From Azolla caroliniana (taxonomy: Eukaryota; Plantae; Polypodiophyta): a stretch of 64,000 nt of DNA. The position numbers were made by a program, and so were the translations under genes. Where the stretch lies: NCBI GenBank assembly GCA_043228905.1, contig JBHGNT010000002.1, forward strand, positions 9,920,001-9,984,000, in the 5' to 3' direction. Shown one piece after another: positions 1-11,607 of this stretch (positions within the stretch are counted from its first letter, which is position 1; every line of letters begins with the position of its first letter). The notes beneath the pieces were generated by a model. That model made no database searches, was not told the origin of the DNA, and worked only from the letters and a program-made list of their open reading frames with translations.

Positions 1-3000
1 TATCTAAATCTAGGCACAATGCTTTATATTATGTTATAGATTATCTTAAATTTTTTTAGATTCGATCTCTATGTCAAATAAAAGGGAACCTTTTATTTGA
101 CTCTAGATCGAGCACAGAACCTTGTTTTGTATAAGAAATGAAAACATGTAATGAAATGACATTCAAGATTGAGAATGATATTTTATTTGTAATGCAAGTT
201 AATCTACATGTTTGTTTGTTTATTGAAATTCACAAATGGATGCCGTCGTAAACCTATATGCCTTTGGTTTGAGAAACCATGCTAGATTTCGATTTGCAAA
301 ATCCATGTGCCCAAAACTTCTTGATTAATTGTATTAAAGAGCTATTTCCTTTTTTACTTCATCATGCTTGCTATGGTTCTGGTCTTTGTGATATTTCCAA
401 GGGAACACTCATGCATTCACTTGGTGTAGAACACTCGGCCCAAGGCATATTGGTATTTACACATTTCACAATAATAACCATTGCACAACCACAATAATAA
501 CCAGATAGAAAATTAACTCTTCACATTTTGGTATTTAACTTCTTTATATTTGATTGTTTTACACTTTGAAATATCTCTACGAAATAATGAGGATTATGAT
601 AATGCATATTTGATTTTGAAGTAGCTTAGATTTCTACAACCTCCTCTTTAGTATTTCTATTGTATTGGTTCCACTTGGTGTATAGCACAAAATAACTTGT
701 TGGGTGTTTTATAACTTTTTTTAAAATGATTTCCATTGTATTGGTTCCACCTAGTGTGTTATTGTTGAATAAGTAGATTGAGAGACATTTTTGTTGATAT
801 CAGTATAGAACTAGGAAAGTCACAAATAGCATGTGAATTAGCTTTTTAAGTGTTTGGTGTGGAGATGTTTGAAGTGCAAGGTGATCTATATGTTGATTCT
901 ACGAACAAGACGATTGGATCGCAAGCCTTGCCCACAAACTATAAAATTAAACACAGATTAATTAGTTAAAATCTTGATACAAACAAAAATTCATTGGGAA
1001 AAGGGCACAGGCGAAGGAAAAGATAAGAATGTGTAGCATATATAAATATGTTGAAACTCATTCTTTGGTGATGATGTATTAGCCTTTGGACTAGGCAGAA
1101 GATATATATTATAATTTATGAGTTTATGATGAATTATGGTCACTATTTTTATAGCTTCCTTCATGTTATTCTTTATATTTGTGGATAAGTTTCTATTAAC
1201 TATTAAGAAATTGTTAAGTACCTAACTCTTTCTTTTAGTTAATGACAACGACAGATTGCACATGATAGATTACCTTGATAGCAACAACAAGGATGTTTAG
1301 AGTTTTAACATTGTCTCGCCAATGCACAAGGCAAATCTATTGTTTAAAGAAGCCTAGCTTAGCATGTTTATTATTTTAGCCTAAATTTAGAGAACATTTT
1401 TAATTTTTTGGTTAATAAAGCTCTTGCTTCAATAACAATAGTGCATTCTTTCAGGAAATTGTTAGATCATCACCAATGTCGCGTATGGTCTATGTGAATG
1501 GCTGGAAATGTCAACACATATCCTAGCACGAATGCAATCCATGATGAGAGAACAATGACGCACAATCTAAACATATGGTCATAATGTAGACAAACCAACA
1601 TTAGTCCATAGCAATGACGGTGGCGTCTAATCACAACAAAATCAATAACCAACAATTACGGCAATGATAACACCTCAACAAGAACTCTTACTATAGATTC
1701 TAGACACTCTTTGCAAGGTCATGAACTCATTTCAAAACTCAATTGCTCACATCCTTGTAGTTCAATATTCAAGCATTATCAACAAAAGGAAATGTGTGTA
1801 CAACTAGGGAAATGGGAGAGAACTAGGAAATAGTACGACTATCATCTCACAAAAATTGTAGAAATAAAGAAAAAACAAAAAAAAAGATTCAATTAGCTAG
1901 AATGCCAAAGAGATGTGACTACAACGCTCATATACTATTGTCCAATGAATTCTATAGAAATTCCTAGGCGATGCAAATATAATCATGTATGTCTTGAAAG
2001 GGTAACATGCATCTGAAAAGAAATGTGCACTAAGGGGTGTATTCATATGGTGGTAAAGACTATCCCAGTTTCCTCCAAAATGATTGCTTTATAGTCATGG
2101 CAATTGCTCTTGTTGGAGGTAATTTATTGATGGGAGCTAAAAGTGAAGTGTCGTTCGGCATTCCATAAAAAAGTGATGTATCATAAAATTCCTCATTTGG
2201 TCATAATTATAAACCTATTGGCCTTGTGGGGTGATTTCTCTTTCCAAAAGTTAGAGCTAATAGTCATTATGTTACTACATCACATCGGTATTTGATCAAA
2301 TTGACGATCATATTTCCATTAAAAATATCTATTCCCCGAAGAGTCAAGGGAGATGTTCCCTTTTATTGAGAGGTCCAATCTAGTTCGCCTAGCTTTAAGA
2401 TGAATCAGGTGAGTTGATGAAGTTAGTTCCCTTAAAGAGATGATCAATTAAGTTAATTAAGTTGATGGTGTGTCCAGTCTCTACATTTGGCACAAATTTA
2501 CGTGGTTGAGTAAGGCTCAACCAGCACTTGATATAAATTTCTCCAACAAAATTATTAAATTCAAGTGACATCTCTTTTATATGCTCATCTTGACATATGG
2601 TTAAAATCTCCTTCACGTGAGAAATGTTTCAGTTAAATCCATGTGTATGCACAAAAGTCAACCCATGATGAACTCTAATCAATTATAAAACAATATTGTA
2701 GTAGGTATGAAGAAAGTTGAAGCATATGAAGGTCAACTTAATATATAATATTAGTTCAAAAGTGTGTGTGGAAAGTGTCTCCATCGCTCATCAACTTGCC
2801 AAACATATGAAACTTCTCCCGGACTCTAGTATTACCTTTTTGACAATAGGTGGTTGCTTCACCTTGTGAAACCTAAATATCATTTTGCTTAAGATTTACC
2901 TATTAAAACAAATTAACATCTTGTAAATATTGATGCTTGAAAATGGAATCCAAACAATATTTATCTTTATTTACATGAATTCTCTTTTATTTACCATTAG

Positions 3001-3918
3001 AAGGCTTTCATAAATAAGCAGATGTGATCCCACAATTGGAGGGATTAAAGTTATTCATCAAACTGTCATGGACAATCTCCCTTCAATGTCTTTACATTTG
3101 ATGCAACATAATGGTTTTATCTTGTTATGATAAGAATGTCATACAAAGATTTCCTTGGAGGAGCACAAAAAGTGTATTATTACAAATCATTGGACACTAA
3201 AGAACCCAATCTTTTATTGTGCACAAAGGTCACATATATATGGTCTCATGAGGGTATTTTCTCCCATGCTTATATACATATGTGCAATGTTGTGACAAAA
3301 TTGACAAGCAAACATAACTTTGCATTTACCATTTGGAAAATATGGCATAAATTGATGATGTAGAGTTATGCATGACACCAAATCTTAAATTTTTACGGGA
3401 ATCGCCAATCCAACCCAAGCTAATGTTGGAATTTGGACTTTTACATGTTCATAAGCTTATAAAATTGATTAGAACGCTAATAACCATCAATGCACTATAT
3501 GATATTCTTATACGTTTTCTTTAGCGATAACATTTCTTGTTATGCTTAATATTAATTTCATGTGGAAAAGGAAAATGTAAAACATTTCAATTTGATAAGT
3601 AATTTATAAGGGTACACCCATGTTATGAAAGTATTTAGGCCATATTCACAATTCAATATATGAGGACCAAAAACCATGTGACAATTAACAATGTTCACCG
3701 TGACTTAGAAGCGTAAATTTGAAGCATGTATATTTCACATTTTTTTCCTGTATGGGGCATATTCCACTCAAAGGTCATATTCTCTTCATGAAAATGTTTG
3801 TGAGGAAGGCCAAATTTGAGGAGGGTTGGAAGACGCAAACAATATTTTTTCATCATCTCATGTGAAGAACCCTTTGTACCAATATTAGTCTAACAAATTC
3901 TAGTTACCTGAGTAGAAG

Positions 3919-3991
3919 GCGCCCGTGGCCTAATGGATAAGGCACTTGACTTCTAATCAAGGGATTGTGGGTTCGAGTCCCACCGGGCGTG
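3919..3991 (+). tRNA. tRNA-Arg(UCU), intronless
   Basis: 73 nt; acceptor stem GCGCCCG/CGGGCGT plus G discriminator, D-arm TGGCCTAATGGATAAGGC, anticodon arm CTTGA-CTTCTAA-TCAAG (TCT at 3952-3954), T-arm GTGGG-TTCGAGT-CCCAC; TTTT Pol III terminator at 4015-4018. Confidence 0.96.
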
Positions 3992-4764
3992 TGTGTTGAG
4001 TTAAAGTTTCTGTCTTTTATCATTCGTTGGAAATGATTTATATAGCTAGCATTAGTAATTTTCTAACTATAGATCCAAAATAACATCTCACTAAAGTCAT
4101 CATGTATTTATATTTATACTACATTAGGACACTTCAATATCTCAAATCCCTTGTATTATTGTACTCATTTGGCTATGTTATAGAATATGTATGGACATAG
4201 CGAAATCGAGAGAGAGAATTTTTGTTCTAAATGGGTAGTTAAGGCCTTTCCCCCCATTTTGCATGGGTTTGATACTAGTCTCTATCGACACTATGCTCTA
4301 ACATCGATAATGGACATAAACCCCTGGCAATCAACTTTTGATCCATACAATTATTTAGGTTTTTAGGCCATCCCTTTGTCTCTTGTAACAATTGGTGGTT
4401 ATTTTGATACCCAATTCTTTTGATGTTTCTAATCTATATCATGTAATTATCTTGTTGACTTTTGTCTCACTTTGAGGTTTTTATTCATAATATGATGATT
4501 AGTAAAAGCATTGCGCCTCTAAGACCATAAATATCATTAACATGAGTTATATAGAGAGAGATGTCATCAAAGACATGGACTAGTCCTTCAAGTGAATGTA
4601 AACTAACAAACTTCGATGACAAAAAAAGTGAGCTCAAGATTCACTAAATCTAATAACTTTGATTCCACAATAGAAATGTGATCACCATTTAACTTAATTT
4701 TGGAAGTGTTAACAAAACTTTTGTAGGACCAAATTTTGAACTTTTAAGTTTTAACGTTGGTAGA

Positions 4765-4783
4765 ATATATATATATATATATA

Positions 4784-4825
<42 letters not shown>
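4765..4825. repeat. Compound (TA)n(CT)n(TA)n microsatellite
   Basis: Directly visible. Confidence 0.9.
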
Positions 4826-6901
4826 GGTGTATGTAATATGTGTATCCTATGTATTAGAACATACCTTGAGCAACCAAATACTAGAGCACCAATCAATTAA
4901 GACATGATTATGTATGAAAAGAATGGCTAGAAAGAGGAAGGTCCTACATGCAATATTGGTCCACATAATATTTAGAAAACTACACATAACAAAAAATGGA
5001 TATATCACCTTAAGAGTTGTATAATGACCACTTCAAAACTAGAACTTTTCACTCAAATCAATTTGCTTCACATTACCAAATTTAAGCCATATTTAGTGTC
5101 ATACGCTTAGACACCTAGTCTAAAGGAAGTAAGACGATAATCATAAGAGAGTGCCATAATTTAAAGAGGAATAAATACAAATTTTGATTTTTGTGAATGC
5201 ATCAAAATTCGCATTTGGAAAGAGGAGTCGACATCAACTTTCAAACTTACCATTTAAAACCCTCAATATGAGAAAACCACTATGATCATATGCTAGTCCA
5301 AACCAATATTGCAATCAATTGTATGCGTAGCCCTCACATGAATCGTTATTCACAAAATGGCATTTTCGGGAACAAGAACATAGTAGCATAGAAATGTTTT
5401 AAAAAAACCCATATCAACCATTCGAATAAGAACTTTATGTTATTTCAACCTATACTATCCTACCTAGTACTCCCTCAGTACTACATACACATTATTCTTT
5501 CTGCAAGGTTTCCTTCGAAGGACCAACAATCATGATAAAAGTTAGCCACACGATTCACATCTTCACCCAAACTAGGAAATCCTAAAATCTGATTTCCCCA
5601 ACACATCAATCCAATCATCATGAATACATGTTTAAAGACTTCATCGTTCTAGAAACATGAAATCATCAAAAGGATTTGTGTGAAAACTTACATGATCACA
5701 TTATCAGGTATTTTTTACATAGATCTTAGAACAAATGCTTTCTGAAAAAGAATCTCAACAACTTGATGTTTCCAATGGGGGGCATTGTGATAAAGGTATC
5801 ACATCTTCAATCATTTCCTAAACTCAATGGTTGTTCTGACTAACCTACATTCCCACAAATTATAGTAACCTCAAATCAATCAAAACATTGAAAAACTCCA
5901 CTTAACATTATTACTATATTTCAATAATTCTAGAGAATCTTATGCAAAATTTAGTATTTGAGATCTCAGAATTATAACATCAACTTGCAATATTAAGTTC
6001 CCGTGTCAATACAGTAATTAAAAATCAATATTTATAAGCATTCATGTACAGGAGATTTGAGCATTAGTGTTCTTGAAAAACAAGAAACCCACATAGTAAA
6101 TTATAAACCTGGAGAAAATCTCTTGGAGATCATAAACAAGAGAAATCCTTCGAAACTTCACTTCGAGCAACCAATTTGGGTGATACAAATCCTCACCAAT
6201 TGTAACACTCAATAATGAAGTCCATAGCTAACCTCTTCAAGGACATTTTAAACAAACCGTCCAAAAGAAAATAATAATGTTATTACATTGTACCATTGCA
6301 AACTCTTATATATAGGTCTACTCAATGATCCCTCTGGCATTTTGTCGCATCCTTGTGCACATAGCTAAAATATATATTCCTATGGCTTACTTCAGTGTAA
6401 AACCTTCATTCATGGTTTCATTCCACAAACATGGTAAAACTATCACACAAAAATAATTGTTAGCCATCCACTGGGTTCCCTTGCTTTACAGCACCTAGCC
6501 CCTCTTTGTTTTCCCCACATACAACAAGAACTTGAATATGGTTATACAAAGAAGAAGAAGCTTGATCTGGTCTCTTGCAAGCAAAGAACAGAACCACCAC
6601 CATGGTGGGACAGGCTGTGGCGTGCAAAAGAATTGCATCATTCTTTTATCAAGCCTGCCTATCTCCACATCCCCACCACGGCAAAAATAAAAGATTATTC
6701 CATGTAGAAAACCATTCTCTTCACAATTCCGAGAAATATCACAACCAATGAACAACCATTTTCCGTGTTGGTTCCAATCATATACGCTTTTTGATGATTA
6801 TGGACATAACATATTCTCCCTGTTCCCCACCAAAACAATAAACCTTTCCATTCCATGATATATAACAACTTCGTACAAACTATGGCACTAAATACACAAC
6901 A

Positions 6902-8146
6902 TTAGGACCTCACTTGCTTGAAAACCATGCTGAGTAATTCATCTGAGACTTGCTCCGGAAGCCAATCATGGCCTTCTTCCTTGACCTTCAAGTTGTTCTC
7001 ACCTTGGAAATGTTCGTGCCGAGAAGCTTTAAAACGCCCATTATTATTATCCACACCAAATCCTGTACTACATAACTGACCTTGGCCAACACCACCTAAA
7101 CTCAAATTTTGGTTATGATTGATGTTTCGTATAGGGGCATTACGAGGAACTTGCCCATAATCTTGAAACACTTGCCAATTTGGCTCTTGATCTTGCTTCA
7201 TACCACTAAATTTAGACCCGAATTTATGCATTATTACCTCATTTGACAGAGATCCATCAAGCCCAGAAGCTAAGGGGGGAGAAACCGCTAGTGGTATACA
7301 AGCAGTAGTTTCGTTGAAAACTCCACCCACCCATGAACCTGTTTCAGCAGTTGATATTAACCCGGATTGTGCTCTGATACCAGTTGTGGGTATTGTAGGC
7401 AACCCGCTTTTAATCCCTTGTTGGTGCTGAATGGCTTGAATAAGCAAAGAATTATTTGAACTAGTAGTAATATTATTAGTCCCAGACAGTTGTCCTATTG
7501 CACCAAAATTGGTTTGATTAGCTAGAACTTGTTGATTAGCTAATACTTGGTGTTGCTGTTGATTAGCTAATACTTGTTGTTGCTGTTGATTAGCTAATAC
7601 TTGCTGGTGTTGATTAGTTAGTACTTGCTGTTGTTGATTAGATAGTGCTTGTTGAGTAGTTGGTACTTGTTGATTAGCTACCACTTGGTGTTGTTGATTA
7701 GCTACTACTTGTTGGGTTCCTTTGTCGTATGTTCCGAGATTTGTAGGCTGAACCGGAATTACATCAGAAATTCCAGGCTGAAAAGCTCCTTGGTTGGTTA
7801 TTAAAGGTTGGCTGTTATATGTGGGTAAAACTGGAGACCTTGACATCAAACCTCCATTATTTGCATTCTGAAGGGCAGTAAGTTGCAACAGGATGGATGG
7901 GTCTACCTTTATATTGTTGGGTGACCCTAATCTACCTAAAACTCCCGCCTGTAGTGTTGATACCAAGCCTTGAGGAGACAATGGGCCCGACCCTGTAATT
8001 GCTCTTAGCTCATTTAAGCTCGCTAGATTGGCCGCACTAACTGACGCAAAGTTTGTGTCTGTTGTGCCAGTGGGAAAAGGAGAGTTTAAACCACCAGGAG
8101 GATGTCCTGCCCCACCACTGATCCTTTTCAGATACAACCGGTATTT
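6902..8146 (-). CDS. ARR-B exon 5 (KYRLYL + long low-complexity activation region)
   Basis: Acceptor ACAG at 8147; open to TAA at 6902; possible donor CAA|GTGAG at 6913. Confidence 0.85.
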   Translation of the reverse strand, partial: KYRLYLKRISGGAGHPPGGLNSPFPTGTTDTNFASVSAANLASLNELRAITGSGPLSPQGLVSTLQAGVLGRLGSPNNIKVDPSILLQLTALQNANNGGLMSRSPVLPTYNSQPLITNQGAFQPGISDVIPVQPTNLGTYDKGTQQVVANQQHQVVANQQVPTTQQALSNQQQQVLTNQHQQVLANQQQQQVLANQQQHQVLANQQVLANQTNFGAIGQLSGTNNITTSSNNSLLIQAIQHQQGIKSGLPTIPTTGIRAQSGLISTAETGSWVGGVFNETTACIPLAVSPPLASGLDGSLSNEVIMHKFGSKFSGMKQDQEPNWQVFQDYGQVPRNAPIRNINHNQNLSLGGVGQGQLCSTGFGVDNNNGRFKASRHEHFQGENNLKVKEEGHDWLPEQVSDELLSMVFKQVRS

Positions 8147-10657
8147 CTGTCGAACATAAATCGAAAGAAGTTAAAAGTGTATAAAAAATGCAGAATCCCC
8201 ACAATAAGGGAAAACCAACAAAATATTACTTGTCTAAGAAAACAGTGAGAGTATTGCCTAAATATTACAATTACAAATACAGAATGTACAAATGTTATGT
8301 TAAGGTGGTACAACCTTGGTTGCAGTTCAACTGTTAAACAATAGGAATCATAAAAAGTGTTCATATTTGTTTGTGATATCATTACAGGAGTTAACTAGCA
8401 CTTTCTCAAAAAGAGTTACTTTATGAATTCAGTTCACACCTGTAAATGGCTCGCAACGTTTTCCCTTGTTAAACCTTGAACATTCATTAGTTCAAGTATT
8501 CGTTTTGGTACAGCTTCTGAATAATGAAGAAAAGATCAATTGTTTACGTATGAAAGCATATAACTACTTCGAATATACTTGTTTTACAACTGTTTACAGG
8601 AACAAAAAAATGCTACTTACTATCAATCCCTAGTTGGTTCACAGCACCAACAAACTGTTGGTGAAGATCGACCGACCACACAACCCTTGGCTTCTTTGTT
8701 GTTGATGGGTCATCATTATCGATATCGAGATCTTCATCTTCTTCTTTAACATCCTTCCGTTTCTTACTCTGCTTCCATGACACATCAGGACCCTCGTTTG
8801 CCGAGGAATTGTAATCTCCATCATCAGATACTTGCTTAACCCTATCATCTTCATTCATGCAAGATGGTCCTGTATTCCTCCACTTCTTCCGCACAACATG
8901 TTGCCAAATGTTTCTAAGCTCTTCCATTCTAACTGGCTTCAGTAAGTAATCACATGCACCATGTTTGATTCCTTTCATTACAGCACTGGTCTCTCCATTT
9001 GCTGACATCACTATATATCATAATTTCAATAAGGACATCATTACATCTCATTTCACAATGCAAGGGTGCCAATACATATCATTTCATGTGAAAAGGACAT
9101 CACTACCTGCCACTGCACACAATGAGGGTACTACTATATGCCATTTGACATGGTGAGGAAACATTAACATGTCATTTTACATTATGAGGACGTTAATAAC
9201 AGGCCAAATCACTTTAGGAGTACATCAAGCATCTCAAAATTAACCACTAAGCACCAGTTCACATTAGGGCGCCACTAGTGACCAAGTCACATTGTCAGGA
9301 TGTCAGAAACATGCCATTTCACATTATGAGGGACATGACTACAAGCCACTTTCACACAATGACGATAGCATTACATACATGTCATTTCACATTATGAGTA
9401 AACCGTGTATCTTGAAATTTGACAACAGGAAACTAAGAAAAGGATGGATATGGACGGGATTAACTTTTAAAAAAAACTAGTCCTTTACATCAAAAGGGAA
9501 CTCACTTATAACTGGCAAATCCATCTCCAATCCCACAAGCTCAAGGAGTTTAAAACCATCCATGTCCGGCATGCACACATCACTGATAATCACATCAAAA
9601 CTGTCCCTATTCTCTCTGAGCATAGCAAGTGCTTCTGTCGCTTTTCCATAAGCTGTTACTGCAAAAACTCAATATCCTTACAGTTTAGATTTTTAGAAGA
9701 CCAAACGTGCTTCTCAAACAACCATCAATAAAGAAATCCATACATTAAAAATAGTGCGTATGAAGCTCATATATGCACCAGCCTTTCTTTCTCATCATTT
9801 CCTATAAATATAGAGTAACTTTTGCATAATTCCTTAAGTCAAAAAATGATAACCTCTTATACATATTATATATATGTCATATCCAGTAGACATGTGCTAG
9901 AAATGATTTTCTCCTTCTTTTCTAATTTGCATACACACATATGCACACTTTATCTCTCTCTTTGCTTCACAATATCAATTCACCACCAAAAAAGGATATA
10001 AATCCAAGATAAATGAATGGATGGATGGCATAATGTTATCCCTTTCTCCTTGTAATGGCTATATCAATTCACTACAAAAAAAACGAATCTAAACTAAACG
10101 AATGAACAAAATGATGTCCTCTCTCTCCTTGTCATACCAGATATCAAGTTATATTAATCTAATTAAATGAATAGAATGAAAATACCCATGGGACTTAAGA
10201 ATCTAAGCTAAATGAATGAATGAATATATCCATAAGCTATATGAGATCTACACTAAATGAATTATGAATACATTCGTTGAGATATGGGAATCTAAGATAA
10301 ATGAACGATGAATATACCCATGAGCTATGATAATCTAATATAAAAAAGGATGGCATACACCTATGTGCTATGTGATTCTAATGGTAAATGAATGAAGGAA
10401 AGAATGAAATACAGCCATAAGTAAAACCCACCTTGATATTGGCATCGTCGAAGCATTCTATCCAAGATGAGGAGGCAAATGGGGTCATCATCAACAATGA
10501 GGACACGCAAACCGATGGGGAAATTGTCCGTATTGGGACTGTTGTCTGCCATTGATGAAATGTCTGCCCTGGGAGATGGGCGGTGGGCACTTGTAGAAGG
10601 AGAAAGCGAAGGTGAGACAGAGTGTGTTGATGTTGCAGTAGTGGTAATAGTAGTCAT
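6902..10657 (-). CDS. Type-B response regulator (ARR-B-like; receiver + GARP/Myb-like DNA-binding domain + Q/G/N-rich C-terminus). Exons 10657-10432, 9658-9506, 9010-8621, 8516-8440, 8146-6902
   Basis: Spliced at GT-AG introns in consistent phase: [23 protein letters not shown]|[38 protein letters not shown]|[43 protein letters not shown]|[26 protein letters not shown]|[11 protein letters not shown] short sixth exon after ..FKQ is possible. Confidence 0.93.
8440..8516 (-). CDS. ARR-B exon 4 (GARP)
   Basis: 77 bp; [26 protein letters not shown]; AG/GT boundaries. Confidence 0.92.
8621..9010 (-). CDS. ARR-B exon 3 (end of receiver, linker, start of GARP)
   Basis: 390 bp; [23 protein letters not shown]; donor GTAAG. 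Confidence 0.93.
9020..9400. repeat. Degenerate ~32-bp minisatellite in ARR-B intron 2
   Basis: Recurring CATTTCACATTATGAGGAC-like core. Confidence 0.55.
9506..9658 (-). CDS. ARR-B exon 2 (receiver, phospho-acceptor Asp in ISDVCMPD)
   Basis: 153 bp, acceptor TTTTTGCAG, donor GTGAG; not in the ORF track but translates to a canonical receiver segment. Confidence 0.92.
10080..10345. repeat. Degenerate ~40-bp minisatellite in ARR-B intron 1
   Basis: Recurring ATCTAAGNTAAATGAATGAATGAATATACCCATGAG-like unit. Confidence 0.55.
10432..10657 (-). CDS. ARR-B exon 1 (N-terminus, start of receiver domain)
   Basis: ATG 10657 in GAAGCCATG context (alternative ATG 10552); LRVLIVDDD motif; donor G|GTGGG at 10431. 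Confidence 0.88.
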
Positions 10658-11134
10658 GGCTTCTTTCTTCTTCTTTGTTCTAAGGTTTTGTTACAATTTA
10701 CAAAGGTAAAGGAAAAAACCCTTTGTTTTAGCCATGGTTTCTTCATTCACTGTTTTTTGTTGTAATTTTTACAGAAAAAAGAAAAGGGGGAAAGGCAAAA
10801 CCCCGCTTGTTTATTTGGATCTGGTTTCATTCCTTTTTAAGTAACCTCGAATGAGGTCTGTGAAGGCGCGAGAAAAGCACTCCTTGAGCTCTGACTCGCC
10901 ATACACAGATCTACCATAAATCACAAAAGGATCTATCTAGATGAGTCCGATGAAGACGACGAAGGGAAGGGAGGAGAAAGAGAAGGAGGAGAGAAAAAGT
11001 GCAGAGAGAGAAAGAAACAGAAGTGAAGTGGAGCCTTAGAGAGGTGTAAGGAAAAGGGCAAAAATGTAAGCTATGGAAGCTCGAATGAAAAGGAACAAAA
11101 AGAAAGAAGGAAATTCAGAGGTTTTGTTTTGGTT

Positions 11135-11158
11135 GAGAGAGAGAGAGAGAGAGAGAGA
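11135..11158. repeat. (GA)n tract upstream of ARR-B, in probable promoter/5' UTR
   Basis: Directly visible; CT-rich on the gene strand. Confidence 0.8.
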
Positions 11159-11540
11159 AAGAGCACAAACCCACCCCCACCTTCTATCTATAAGGAGAAA
11201 GAAAGAGACACGACACTCTCTGTCTCTCTCGCTCCTCCTCTCTCAACCCCACATGGCTTCTTTCTACACATCCTTCATGTACATATGCATGGATGGAATT
11301 GATGTGTGGATGATCATGTATCTATCCATATATCTATGGATGTACATATGTGTGTATGTATATGTATCTATAATATGCATATGGATGGATTTATCTATGG
11401 GTTTATGCATGAATTTGTATATGTATGTATGGATCGACGGATGGATGGACACATGGATTAATCTATGGGTGTATGTATGTATGTGTCTCGAATTATATCC
11501 TCCATTGTTGCTTGTGTCTCTATATCTTTTTGTATCTAGG

Positions 11541-11541
<1 letters not shown>

Positions 11542-11606
<65 letters not shown>
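11542..11606. repeat. (TG)n microsatellite
   Basis: Directly visible. Confidence 0.95.

Positions 11607-11607
<1 letters not shown>

Noticed and set aside
1-3900. Gene or identifiable TE in the left AT-rich region
   Set aside because: Only short ORFs and faint retroelement-like peptides; nothing supportable by eye.
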